In this document: positions 1 to 11,972 of the stretch, in pieces
Layout of the letters: each line of letters begins with the position of its first letter
Position numbering within the stretch: the stretch's first letter is position 1
Notes under the pieces: generated by a model
Databases searched by the model: none
The model's input: only the letters and a program-made list of their open reading frames with translations
Told to the model about the DNA's origin: nothing
Assembly (NCBI RefSeq): GCF_006345805.1
Contig: NC_042997.1
Location: forward strand, 191,084,001 to 191,148,000
DNA length: 64,000 bases
Direction of reading: 5' to 3'
Origin: Octopus sinensis
Lineage: Eukaryota
Made by a program: the position numbers and the translations under genes

Positions 1-135
1 GGCACCATCATCAGTGCTTTTTATGTGGCACCATCATCAATGCTTTTTATGTGGCACCATCATCAGTGCTTTTTATGTGGCACCATCATCAGTGCTTTTT
101 ATGTGGCACCATCATGAGTGTTCTTTACATGGAAC
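1..135. repeat. 26-27 bp minisatellite (GGCACCATCATCAGTGCTTTT(T)ATGT) x about 4.5
   Basis: Direct tandem copies visible; truncated by the window edge. Confidence 0.85.
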
Positions 136-384
136 CTGTCAGCCTTAGAAACAGTTGCAAGCAGTTTAAATGATTGATATGTTGGATATTGAGGTAGAGT
201 TTCCTGACTCCTGAATCAGTATCCAAACTGATTGTGCTATTCAGACCAACAGACAAGATATTGTGGTAAAAAACGACATTGACCACATATATCTGCACAT
301 AGATATGTAAATCCCAACTGACTGCAACATCTCTGTGAAAACATTTGAAAAGTTAAGTAAATTTTAGGATTGACCCAGCAGGAC

Positions 385-1036
385 AAGTGAGTCCAGCCCA
401 CTTATGCATGCCTTTCCTTCCTTGGACACACGAAGACCTGTTGAGGCAAGCGAAGTCGAAATCGAACCTCATTCGACGACAGGCACCCATGCCAACCTCC
501 CTTCATTGGACACTAAACTCTGCTTGCGAAGACCTGTTGAGGCAAGTGAAATCGGAATCGAAATTGAACCAATTGAACCTATGACTGGCATCCGGCAGTT
601 GCCAGGACTGCTGGACTGGCTCCTGTGCAGGTGGCAAGTGAAGAAACACCATTTCGACCCTGTACTTGAGGAGATCCATTGAGTCAAGTACACCAACATC
701 AAAATCAATGGAAACTGCAGTTGTGATCCCTGTGCCGGTGGCACATAAAAAGTACCATCTGAATGTGGCCAATGCCAGCGCCGCCTCGTCTGGCTTCTGT
801 GCCAGTGGCACGTAAAATGCACCAACCCGATCGTGGCCGTTGCCAGCCTCGCCTGGCACCTGTGCCGGTGGCACGTAAAAAGCACCCACTACACTCACGG
901 AGTGGTTGGCGTTAGGAAGGGCATCCACCTATAGAAACACTGCCAGATCAGACTGGAGCCTGGCTTCCCAGATCCCCGGTCGAACCGTCCAACCCATGCT
1001 AGCATGGAGAATGGATATTAAACGATGATGATGATG
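385..1036 (+). mobile_element. RTE-clade LINE 3' UTR with (GAT)n tail
   Basis: Repeated GTGCCGGTGGCACGTAAAAAGCAC motifs, then GGAGTGGTTGGCGTTAGGAAGGGCATCC...CCCATGCTAGCATGG and (GAT)n. The same sequence follows RTE ORF2 at 15690-16506. Other copies at about 2100-2506, 11640-12297, 13413-13650, 23090-23255(-), 29745-30075(-), 32200-32520, 48430-48530(-), 51481-51840(-). Confidence 0.75.
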
Positions 1037-1228
1037 AGGTCTCAAAATATGTGGGATATTAGACCAACAACTTTACTGCCTTCCATTTGAAGACAGTACC
1101 AAATGGTACTCTGAAATACATCTATTCACCATGCAGGAATAACTACAGTTGTGAAAACTTCTACATACTGCGTTCTCCATACAGAGGGTTTTCACAGTAA
1201 TTGGATCTTTGCTTACCTTCACAATAAT

Positions 1229-1665
1229 CCATGGCAGATTTATGTATGGATCAATAACAGCCATGGTCCAGGGGCCCCATTCTTGGGTGGCAGGGTTTCC
1301 TTAAGCATTCCTTAAGCATTAAGAAAGAGAAGCCTAAAGTTTGGAATTAAAATTTTTTTTAATATATTTACAGTAATCAAATAAATAATTTGTAATTTTT
1401 TTATAGCTTGTTTAATTTTTTTTTAATCAAATACAATTCTTTTAAAATTACTGAGCTCTCTTTTAATTTATTGGGCCCTTTTAAATTTAAAAAAGTCTTT
1501 AAATTTAACTGAGTCCCTCTGAATCTACTAAGGCTCTTTTAAGTTTGGGGTCTCTTCAAACTGTTTGGGGCCCCTTCATTTAATTGGGCCTTTGTATGTT
1601 TTGAATTAGCGAAATCATTGGGACCCCCAAAGGCTATTTACTCCATAGGTTTAAGTCCACCCCTC
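1229..1665. mobile_element. Old hAT-like MITE
   Basis: Degenerate terminal inverted repeats, internal GGGCCCC motifs, and an 8-bp TSD ACAATAAT (1221-1228) / ACAATTAT (1666-1673). Confidence 0.5.
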
Positions 1666-1783
1666 ACAATTATCCATTTTCTTTCCCTTATAAGTATTTG
1701 ACACTCTGCCTGAAAGACTATAAACCAGTATTTTTTTTTTTACTTTTTTCTTTGTTTTTTTTATATTATTATTTTCTTTACAG

Positions 1784-2026
1784 AAAGATCATTACCCTAC
1801 GCTGCCAAATTTCTTCCAGTTAATGACAGTCATGGCATTTTACATATTCCTCAAAGAAAACGTTGATGTGGTTGTATTGGAAGTTGGCATTGGAGGTGAA
1901 AATGACTGTACAAATGTAATTCGAAACCCTGTTGCTTGTGGTGTCACTTATCTTGACATTGATCATATAGTCTATCTTGGAGACACCATAGAAAAAATTG
2001 CCTGGCACAAAGCAGGTATATTCAAG
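1784..2026 (+). CDS. FPGS: Folylpolyglutamate synthase-like gene, first exon visible in window (upstream exons lie outside it)
   Basis: Polypyrimidine tract with CAG acceptor (AG 1782-1783) and GT donor at 2027; 243 nt, phase 0-0. Translates KDHYPTLPNFFQLMTVMAFYIFLKENVDVVVLEVGIGGENDCTN...LDIDH...LGDTIEKIAWHKAGIFK, matching the FPGS motifs EVGIGG-x-x-DCTN, DH and IAWxKxGIFK. Confidence 0.95.
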
Positions 2027-2773
2027 GTAAATTTGAAATCATCAAATCATTTATATATGTGTGTATCAAATCAAATCAAAAAATCAAAAAATCAAAAAAT
2101 CAAAAAATCAAATCAGATGTCAGAAAGCAGAACCAAAATCGAAGTTGATCAACATCAATGGAAATTGCGGCTGTGATACCAGTGCCAGTGACAAGTAAGC
2201 GAACCATCCGATTGTGGCCGTTGCCAGCACCGCCCCGACTGGCCTCCGTGCCGGTGGCACGTAAAAGCACCATCCATTCGTGGCCGTTTGCCAGCACCGT
2301 CTGGCACCTGTGCGGGTGGCACGTAAAAAGCACCCACCACACTCGCGGAGTGGTTGGCGTTAGGAAGGGTATCCAGCCGTAGAAACATTGCCAGATCAGA
2401 CTGGGCCTGATGCAGCCTTCTGGCTTCACAGACCCCAGTTGAACCGTCCAACCCATGCTAGCATGGAAAGCGGACACTAAATGATGATGATGATGATGAT
2501 GATGATGTATGTATCTTCACACATATGCATTTGTGTGCTTTCATATATGTATACAGGCATGGTGGCTGTGTGGTAAGAGGGCTTCCTTCCCTACAACATA
2601 GTTCTGGGTTCAGTCCCACTGTGTGGCACCATGGACAGGTGTCTTCTACTATTTGCTCAGGCTGAATAAACCCTTGTGAGTAGATTTGGTAGACAAAAAC
2701 TGAAGGAAGCCTGTGAGTGTGGGTGTGTGTGTGTATGTGTGTGTCTTTGTATCTATGCTTATACATATATATG

Positions 2774-2837
<64 letters not shown>

Positions 2838-3554
2838 CATGTATGTGTATATATTATGTGTGTGTGTGTGTGTGTGTGTTGTGTGTGTGTGTATATATAT
2901 ATATAAATAAGGCAAATAAGAAAATGGAGAGGATAAAAAATAGACAAACACCAGCCTGTAAACATCCATTGATATCTATTTATTAATATATATATATAAA
3001 CACACCAACACCAGCTTCATAACTGGTGTTGGTGTGTTTACATCCTCCACAACTTAGTGGTTCAGCAAAATGACTACCAGATATAAAAAAAAAATTTGTA
3101 GTGGGGTTGATTCAATAAAAATAAAAATTCTTAAGTGCAGTGCTCCAGCATGGCTGCAGTCAAATGACTGAAACAAGCCAAAACAAATGTTACATCTGGT
3201 TCACGGGTGCTGTGGAAAATGATGAAACAAAAATTGCAGAGGGCAAATTAGCAAGGGATGCATTAAGAGTTATGTCCCTTGGCCCCATAGTACATTAGGA
3301 TGACTGTAAAGTTGTAATAGTCTGGAGGATGAAAATATATGCAGGTTGGGAATGTATTGAAGGGGTTTGATGTGTGTAGGGTTGTGTGGAGTGGGGGAGG
3401 TGTTTGGCAAGCACCCAAACAATTAACCCTGTGCATGATGCATATGTGTATGCTTCCATTTGTGTATATTTTGGTTAAAGACTTTGCTGGTTTCTCAAGA
3501 TGTAACAGTCAGTCAGTGATAGAGAGCCTAGTTCATATAATCATGGTGAGACTT

Positions 3555-3607
<53 letters not shown>

Positions 3608-3608
3608 A

Positions 3609-3639
<31 letters not shown>

Positions 3640-3641
3640 TA

Positions 3642-5254
3642 CAGTTGCGGCCAAAATGTTCAGAACGGCATTGTTTTCACCAGAAAAGTAGGTATAAGTT
3701 TTTATCAAAGTTGTTTTATATTCTATAATTTTCACAGACAATAAATACAATATTATTTGTTATTGTCTGAGATATTGGTGTAATTTGAGAGGATAATACA
3801 AAAGTTATGAATGATTTAGTGATTTACTGCAAAACCCATGGCGGCCAAAATGATCAGAACAGTTGCTTTTACTCCGTGTTTTAGTATATTTAACTGGCGA
3901 ACTCTAATGTTTTGAATTTGTTTACGTGATTGTTCGTTTACTAAACATTAGTAAGAATATCTGCAGTGTACTTTGTTAATATAATGCCACTTACTCCGTT
4001 ACCAATTCGTCAGCGGATTATTAAGCTTCGAAAGAAGTATAATTTAAGTATTGGGTCTATTGCAAAGATTGTTAACAAGTCAAAAAGTGTTGTTAACGGT
4101 ATTCTTAAGGTCTTCGATGATTGTGGTTCATGTGAAGCAAGAAAGTCTACAGGTAGGCCAAGAAAAACGACCAAGAGAAAAGATCGTGCTATGGTAAAGT
4201 TGGTTATAAAAGACAGATTTAAAACTGCTGCTGCTGTTTCTCGGGAAATGAGCATTGTACTGAAGAAAACTTTATTTCGAAAAACTGTGTCTCGTCGTTT
4301 AGTTGAACATAACCTACAAGCAAGAGCACCTGGAGTGAAGCCACTGATCAGCTCCAAGAATAAAAAGTGTCGTCTTACCTTTGCAGCCGAACATGTGTTG
4401 TGGTCTCAAGAAAAATGGCAAACGGTGCATTTCAGTGATGAATCTAAGTTTATGTTATTTGGTATGTTCGTCGAAAAGTAGGTGAAAAATTGTCGCCTAA
4501 ATGCCTTAAGACTAGTGTTAAACTCGGTGGAGGAAGTGTCATGGTTTGGGGAATGATATCTGGAGATGGTGTGGGCCCTTTGGTGCGATTACATGGAAAG
4601 GTAAATGCAGGAGTTTATAAACAACTTGTAAAAGATCATGTCTTGCCTGTGCTGAGAAATTCAACTAAGTGATCACCCATATTCATGCAGGACAATGCCC
4701 CATGTCACAAGGCTAAGGTGGTCATGAACTTCCTCAAGGCTGAAAAGGTTATTATTATGGATTGGCCTGCTCAAAGCCCAGATCTCAATCCTATTGAAAA
4801 TGTATGGAATATTCTAGGAGAACGTTCGAAAGCCAGAAATCCTAAAACAACCGAGCAATTATGGAATGCCCTTCAGGAAGAATGGAATAAGATCACCTAG
4901 CAAGAAATTGAAAATTTAATTTCCTCATGCAGTCGAAGATGTCAAAGTGTGATTGAAGCTAAAGGGCTTCACACTAAATATTAAATAATTCCAGTATTCT
5001 CTGTCATTTTTGATTATTTTGTTATTTTTTCAACCGTTCTGATGATTTTGGCCGCCATGGGTTTTGCAGTAGATCACTAAATCATCCATAACTTTTGTAT
5101 TATCCTCTCAAATTACACCAAAATCTCAGACAATTACAATTAATATCGTATTTATTGTCTGTGAAAATTATAGAATATAAAACAACTTTGATAAAAACTT
5201 ATACCTACTTTTCTGGTGAAAACAATGCCGTTCTGAACATTTTGGCCGCAACTG
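3642..5254 (+). mobile_element. Tc1-family DNA transposon, IR/DR type, 1.6 kb
   Basis: About 220-bp TIRs starting CAGTTGCGGCCAAAATG, each with an inner direct repeat (GCGGCCAAAATGATCAGAAC at 3841-3860 and the complement near 5036-5055). Flanked by TA within (TA)n. Confidence 0.96.
3984..4984 (+). pseudogene. Tc1 transposase pseudogene (DD34E)
   Basis: GRPRK linker, FSDESKF, QDNAPCH, SPDLNPIE with 34 residues between D and E. Broken by a frameshifting deletion near 4463 and stops at 4670-4672 and 4898-4900. Confidence 0.93.
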
Positions 5255-5400
5255 TATATATATATATACATATAAAAGTAGATAAATGGTACAACAAGGC
5301 ACCAATATATACTGGAAAATATATATATATATATATAAAATAAATAAACGATAAATATATATATATGTATGTATGTATGTGTGTGTGTGTGTGTGTATGT

Positions 5401-5655
5401 GGAGGTGCAGGGCTTAGTGGTTAGGGTGTCAGCATCATGATCGTAAGATTGTGGTTTTGATTCCTGGACTGGGCAACGTGTTGTGTTCTTGAGAAAAACA
5501 CTTCATTTCACATTGCTCCTGTCCACTCAGCTGGCAAAAATGAGTAACGCTGCAATGGACTGACGTCCCATCCAGCTGGGGAACACATACGCCATTGAAA
5601 TTGAGAAACCGGCCGCATGAGCCTGGCTAGGCTTTAAAAGGGCACATTTATTTAT
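5401..5655 (+). mobile_element. tRNA-derived SINE (family A)
   Basis: A box GGCTTAGTGG and B-box-like GGTTT(C/T)GATTCC head with a shared body. Relatives at about 17203-17390, 26556-26860, 27041-27340, 36540-37035 (tandem dimer), 41389-41695, 49401-49680, 49902-50143, 59715-60000(-), 8300-8411(-). Confidence 0.8.
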
Positions 5656-6004
5656 TTTATATATATATATATATATATCATATACAATTTTAAGGATTCA
5701 AATGAATCAGGTACTTAAATGATAGGCACCAGGTTGGGTCAGACTAACTTGCAAAACAACACCATAAGTCGAATAAATAACAAGAGTACCAAAGTACATC
5801 CAGAGCAATATTCAGATTATGTTTACAGAGAGTTTAACCCTGATGAGTATTTTAATAGCCTCTGTGGTAATCCAAAATTGTATGTTGTATTGGTCATACA
5901 ATATCTGGTATACTCCAGAATGTCCGATGGGTTGGGATTCCAGTGAGGTGTATTATGAACAAATAAATGACAAATGATGGATAAGTGACACTCATCCATT
6001 GTCT

Positions 6005-6825
6005 GTATATGTATGTGTATGTATGTATGTATGTATGTATGTATGTATGTATGTATGCATGTATGCCTGTATGCATGCATGTATGTATGTATGTATGCAT
6101 GTATGCATGTATGTATGTATGTATGTATGTATGCATGTATGCATGTATGCATGTATGCCTGTATGTATGTATGTCTGTATGTATGTATGTATGCATGTAT
6201 GTATGTATGTATGCCTGTATGCATGTATGTATATATGTATGTATGTATGTACGTATGTATGTATGTATGCATGTATGTATGTATGTATGTATGTATGCAT
6301 GCATGCATGTATGTATGTATGTATGTATGTATGTATGTATGTATGTATGTATGCATGTATGTATGTATGTATGTATGCCTGTATGTATGTATGTATGTAT
6401 ATATGTATGTATGTACGTATGTATGTATGTATGTATGTATGTATGTATGTATGTATGTATGTATGTATGTGTATGTATGTATGTATGCATGTATGCCTGT
6501 ATGCATGCATGTATGTATGTATGCATGTATGTATGCCTGTATGTATGTATGTATGTATGTATGTATGCATGTATGTATGTATGTATGCCTGTATGCATAT
6601 ATGTATATATGTATGTATGTATGTACGTATGTATGTATGTATGTATGCATGTATGTATGTATGTATGTATGTATGCATGCATGCATGCATGTATGTATGT
6701 ATGTATGTATGTATGTATGTATGCCTGTATGCATGTATGTATGTATGTAGTATGTATGTACGTATGTATGTATGTATGTATGTATGCATGTATGTATGTA
6801 TGTATGTATGTATGTGTGTATGTAT
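6005..6825. repeat. Large (TATG)n microsatellite with TGCA/TGCC variant blocks
   Basis: About 820 bp of tetranucleotide repeat; explains the long HTYI/MYVC ORFs. Confidence 0.97.
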
Positions 6826-7290
6826 TTTTGAGAAATCTTGAGTTGCACATGAGAAAGTAAGGAGAGATGTCAGGAAGGGCATCGCTGTTACTCTTCCAGA
6901 AGGGAAGAGTCTTCCTTTGATTCTGACATGCAGTGTCTGTGCAAGACCCTGCCTCAGTAAAGCTGGACTCAAGAGTCATCTTCGTAGTCATAAAGCGAGA
7001 CAGATGACAACCTGGCCACTGGTGGTGGTGTTACACACCATACTAATCGTATCTGTCGGACATGTGGAAGAGAGTGTAATTCGGCGGGAGGACTTAAACA
7101 ACATGCAAAGGTACATGAAGCCCAGTTACAACTACAGCTGGCTATTACCGGTAAAGGTTTTAGTTGCCAATTTTATACAAGACATTGTAGATCTTTAGCT
7201 GGGCTACAAAGTCACATTCGATCACAGCACCAGTAACAGTTAAGCTTCGTGCAATGGCCATACTCGATAACGAGGGGGCAGCCATAATAA
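6826..7290 (+). mobile_element. 3' end of an RTE-like LINE encoding three C2H2-like zinc fingers (frameshifted)
   Basis: CSVCARPCLSKAGLKSHLRSH; after a frameshift, CRTCGRECNSAGGLKQHAKVH and CQFYTRHCRSLAGLQSHIRSQH, stop at 7236; then a short 3' UTR and (TAA)n tail. Confidence 0.6.
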
Positions 7291-7362
7291 TGTATGTATG
7301 TATGTACCATTTATTTCTGGTCTGTGTTTGTCTAACATTTTGCCTTGTTTTTGCTAAACCAG

Positions 7363-7440
7363 CAAGGTGCAACTGCAATTACAGTCCTACAACAAGATGT
7401 TGCATTGAAAGTTTTTTGTGATAGAGCTACTCAGAAAATG
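7363..7440 (+). CDS. FPGS: FPGS-like exon
   Basis: CAG/GTGAGT boundaries, 78 nt, phase 0-0. QGATAITVLQQDVALKVFCDRATQKM aligns with human QGVPAFTVLQPEGPLAVLRDRAQQI. Confidence 0.9.
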
Positions 7441-7818
7441 GTGAGTGTTTTGTTTATCACTTCTCTTTAAAATTTTTCCAAACTGTTGTTGTTCTCATTG
7501 TTGTGCTGGCAGGAAGTGGTAGTGGTAGCAGCAGTTGTTCAACCCTAGGTCGGCTCTGACTGACCAGAACTATGATGAAAAGTGCTGGCTGTTATGATCT
7601 TTCCATCTTCCACTCAGACACTGTTTACTTAACTAATTTGCACTCCATCCATTACGATGACGACGAGGGTTCCAGTTGATCCTATCAACACAACAGCCTG
7701 CTCATGAAATTCATGTGCAGGCGGCTGAGTGCTCCACAGACACATGCACCCTTGATTCCAAATGACACAGAATGTGACAAGGCTGTCTGAAATATACAGG
7801 CACTACTCATTTTTGCCA

Positions 7819-7987
7819 GGCGCAGGAGTGGCTGTGTGGTAAGTAGCTTGCTTACCAACCACATGGTTCTGGGTTCATTCCCACTGTGTGGCACCTTGGG
7901 CAAGTGTCTTCTACTATAGCCTCGGGCCAACCAAGCCCTTGTGAGTGGATTTGGTAGACAGAAACTGAAAGAAGCCTGTCGTATATA

Positions 7988-8027
<40 letters not shown>

Positions 8028-8275
8028 CACGTGCGTGCGTGTGTGTGTGTACGTGCGTGCGTGTGTGTGTGTGTGTGTCTGTGTTTGTTCCCCCAGCATC
8101 GCTTCACAACCGATGCTGGTGTGTTTAAGTCCCCGTAACTTAGCGGTTCGGCAAAAAGAGACCGATAGAATAAGTACTATCCTTACAAAGAATAAGTCCT
8201 GGGGGCGATTTGCTCGACTAAAGGCGGTGCTCCAGCATGGCCACAGTCAAATGACTGAAACAAGTAAAAGAGAGT
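7819..8275 (+). mobile_element. tRNA-derived SINE (family B) with internal (TG)n
   Basis: Head GGCGCAGGAGTGGCTGTGTGGTAAG...GGGTTCAxTCCC, body GGCAAGTGTCTTCTACTATAGCC..., tail ...GACTGAAACAAGTAAAAG. Copies at about 2555-2715, 46027-46180, 47750-48143(-), 53425-53910, 55238-55620, 63785-64000. Confidence 0.8.
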
Positions 8276-8786
8276 AAAAGAGAGCTAATTGATCTAGAGC
8301 ATTGTGGAATAAAATCCCCTGTTCAAGGACATAACTCACCACCAGGTATCAAACTCATGACCTTACGATTATGAGCCGTATACCCCTAACCACAAAGCTA
8401 CATGCCTTCACCCCTATTTACCTAGGAATACAACTATATACTCCATCGTGATTCTTCTTTTTCTTTTCAAGGTAGATTATAATTTGAGTGAGATTTGGCT
8501 ACTCTTTCTACCAGGTTAAATGACCATGAAAAGACACCCTAAAATATATTGTTGTTGTTGTTGTTGTTGTTAAGCAACAAGACGGGTAAGGATTATTAGG
8601 TGATGGTCTAGGGCTTAGGCGGCGGTGGTTTCGTGGTGGTTTCGTGGTGGTGGTGTGGTGGTGGTGTGGTGGTGCGGGTGGTGGTAGTGGTGGTGGTTTT
8701 GTGGTGGTGGTGGTGTTTGCTTATGCTTTTTTCTTATGCTTTTTTCTTATGCTGCTTTTATTTTATTTTATTTTTTTTTATTGCAG

Positions 8787-8931
8787 TGTTCCCTCTACTT
8801 GGCACCCCGACTACAAAACTACAGCACTTTAAAGAACTGCCAAATACTTCAAGAGAGAGAAGATTGTGAACTTGAAAATATGTCACTTGCTATTCAACTA
8901 GCGAGAGTGTGGATACAGAATCACAACAAAG
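8787..8931 (+). CDS. FPGS: FPGS-like exon
   Basis: TTGCAG acceptor, GT donor at 8932, 145 nt, phase 0-1. CSLYLAP...ENMSLAIQLARVW aligns with human CPLYLCP...SNAALALQLAHCW. Confidence 0.88.
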
Positions 8932-9140
8932 GTATATCACACAACAACCCTTCCAATCATCAATCTGTTTGCTAGAAATAACAGCTAAATCCTCATTAAG
9001 CCAAAATCTACTCACTTAAAAAGAAAAAAAAATAAGGACATCATATGTAATTCAGTTACACTGTTGCTGAAATAAAAATTATGCAGACATGGATAGGTAT
9101 AGGCGTGGCTGTGTGGTAAGAAATTTGCTTTTCAGCAATT

Positions 9141-9962
9141 AAGGCGGCGAGCTGGCAGAAACGTTAGCTTGCCAGGCGAAATGCCTTGTGGTATTTCATC
9201 CACCGAAGACAGTGAGCTGGCAGAAACGTTAGCACGCCAGGCGAAATGCGTAGCCTTATTTCGTCTGCCTTTACATTCTGAGTTCAAATTCCGCCGAGGT
9301 CGACTTTGCCTTTCATCCTTTCTGGGTCGATTAAATAAGTACCAGTTATGCACTGAGGTCAATATAATCGACTTAATCCGTTTGACTGTCCTTGTTTGTC
9401 CTCTGTGTTTAGCCCCTTGTAGGTAGGAAAGAAATAGGTATTTTGTCTGAGTTCAAATTCCGCCGAGGTAAGCTTTGCTTTTCATCCTTTCGGGGTCGAT
9501 AAATTAAGTACCAGTTACGCACTGGGGCTGATATAATCGACTTAATCTGTATGTCTGTCCTTGTTTGTCCCCTCTGTGTTTAGCCCCTTGTGAGTAGTAA
9601 AGAAATAGGTATTTCATCTGCTGCTGTGTTCTGAGCTCAAATTCTGCCAAGGTCGACTTTGCCTTTCATCCTTTCAGTGTCGATAAATTATGTACCAGTT
9701 CCACACTGGAATCGATGTAATTGACTTAATCTGTTTGTCTATCCTTGTTTGTCCTCTCTGTGTTCAGCCCCTTGTGGGTAGTAAAGAAATAGGTATTTCA
9801 TCTGCTGCTGTGTTCTGAGTTCAAATCCCGCTGAGGTTGACTTTGCCCGTCATCCTTTCGGGGTCAATAAATTAAGTACCAGTTACGCAGTGGGGTCGAT
9901 GTAATTGACTTAATCTGTTTGTCCCCTCTATGTTTAGCCCCTTGTGGGCAATGAAAAAAATA
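9141..9962 (+). mobile_element. SINE family C, tandem array of four ~180-bp units inserted into a family-B SINE
   Basis: Head AAGGCGGCGAGCTGGCAGAAACGTTAGC, core GACTTTGCCTTTCATCCTTTCGGGGTCGATAAATTAAGTACC (resembles the MetaSINE-type core, from memory). 20-bp TSD at 9117-9136 / 9961-9980 with 1 mismatch. Confidence 0.85.
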
Positions 9963-10466
9963 AGAAATTTGCTTTCCAGCCACATGATTTCAGCTTCAGT
10001 CCCACGACAGGGTACTTTGGGCAAGTGTATTCTATAATAGCCCTATAGCTCTTGACTGACCAAAACCGTATGAGTGGATTTGGTAGATACAAACTGAAAG
10101 AAGTTCAGCAGGCTTATTAAAACATACTTATCAGTAACAGAAACAGTATTAGTACAAAAAAGCAATTTTCATATCCAACTTAACATGAATGTTTTGTTAG
10201 AACACTGAATACTGCCTTATATACCTTGAGAGGAAACCCCCCACGAAGACGATGACCACCACCACTACCACCACCTTATGGGTGCAAGGTGTATAAAAAC
10301 ACGCATATTTATGTCATTGGCAGATGAGAACCAGGCACCTATAGCAGATGTTTCTTCCCTGTCAATGATATAATATGTGTACTTTTCGGCACTATGCACT
10401 CCTTTGGAAGGTCCTCTCAAGGTAAATAATGTAGTATTCAGTGTTCTACCATACAACCAATGCTTA

Positions 10467-10514
<48 letters not shown>

Positions 10515-10967
10515 TATGTGTGTGTGTGTCAGTGTAAGTGTGTGTGTATGTAAGTGAGTGTGTGTGTAAGTGAGTGTGTGTGTATGTTTGTCCACAACCA
10601 TTACTTGACAAATTGTGTTGTGTAGGTTTCTATACATCCTTGTAACTTAGCAGTTTGGCAAAAGGGACTGATAGAATAAGTACTAGGCTTTGATAAAAAC
10701 ATATATACTGGGGCTGATTTGTTTAAGTACCAGACTTAAAATTAAGTACGGGACACATTTTGTTTGACTAAACCCTTCCAGCCAGCTCCAGCATGGCCAC
10801 AGTCCTATAACTGAAACCAATAAATGATTAAAGATACAGATAATTTTTTTCTCCTAGATTTTCTGGATTACGTTTAATTATTTTATTTCATTGATTTAAA
10901 CAATTTTGCAATGTGAGGTTTTTTTTACAATAACTAGATAACAAATATTTTTTTCTTTTTTTCTTAG

Positions 10968-11060
10968 CTGCATCAGAAAGGAAATGGGTGAATCCCTTTA
11001 AGGGAGAGGAAATTCCTGAGATAGACAAGGATGTGGTAGATATAAAGGATTATATAACAA
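10968..11060 (+). CDS. FPGS: FPGS-like exon (variable linker)
   Basis: Strong T-tract with TAG acceptor and GTAAGT donor, 93 nt, phase 1-1, open frame AASERKWVNPFKGEEIPEIDKDVVDIKDYIT. Weak sequence homology but fits the phase chain. Confidence 0.7.
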
Positions 11061-11749
11061 GTAAGTCCCATGTAGGGATTTTGTTGGTTTAAAAATCTTT
11101 GTGCACAATTTTTCTTAAGGACCATTCCAACATACATACCTGCATACATACATTCATACATCATATTCGCATTTATACATACCTACATGCTTGTATACAT
11201 TGATACATATTTGTATGTGTACAGGCATGCATACATACATGCATACAAGTATACATGTATTTACTCATCATGTTCATTCATTAGAATGCAGAGGACTAGT
11301 CATCCTTAAGGATGACTGATGACTTGATAGCGAGATTGTTTAAAGTGAAGATGACTTGTGCACCATCAACCTCACTCTCTCATCTGTAACAGTCTTCAAT
11401 CCAGTGGCAAAACCAGGTCAAGACGACTGGGAATGGAGACGGATGCAGTGGATGGCCCTAGAACTTCTGTCAGTTTCTGTCTACCAAATCCACTTAGAAG
11501 GCTTTGATCAGATTGGGACTATAATAGAAAACACTAACCCAGGGTACCACACTATGGAAATGAACCTGAAACTATGTGCTTGGGAAGCAAACTTCTTAAC
11601 CATACATCCACGTCTGTGCTGTGTCAAATATATCTATTCACGAGCAAGGTCGTTGCCAATGCCACTCGACTGGCTCCTGTGCAGGTGGCATGTAAAAAAC
11701 ACCATTTGAGCATGGCCATTTCCAGTACTACCTGACTAGCCCTCATAAA

Positions 11750-11972
11750 CCAGGTAGTTCATGATGGAGTAATACCCAACAACTGGTGTAGCAGCACCAT
11801 AGTCAACTGCTACAAGGGTAAAGGTGATGCTCTAGATAGAAATAACTTCAGGGGCATCAAACTGCTGGATCAGGTGATGAAGGTTACAAAGAGGGTCATA
11901 TCCCATCTCATTAGGCAGAGAGTCTGCTTAGATGAGATGCAGTTCAGTTTTGTGCTGGGTAGAAGCACCATG
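11750..11972 (+). mobile_element. RTE reverse transcriptase fragment
   Basis: GVIPNNWCSSTIVNCYKGKGDALDRNNFRGIKLLDQVMKV...QFSFVLGRST matches the N-terminal RT motifs of RTE elements. Confidence 0.85.

Noticed and set aside
5836-5862. CTGATGA hammerhead core (a similar motif lies on minus near 10110-10135)
   Set aside because: No downstream GAAA or closable stems in these copies; at most a repeat remnant.
5823-6991. Long ORFs of 245-365 aa on both strands
   Set aside because: Translations of the (TATG)n microsatellite, which lacks stops. The same applies to the YI, VC and HT ORFs near 2700, 23600, 35200, 38800 and 43800.
9141-9962. Regularly spaced repeats resembling a CRISPR array
   Set aside because: Whole ~180-bp units repeat with no unique spacers, there are no cas genes, the context is eukaryotic, and monomers occur elsewhere as SINEs.
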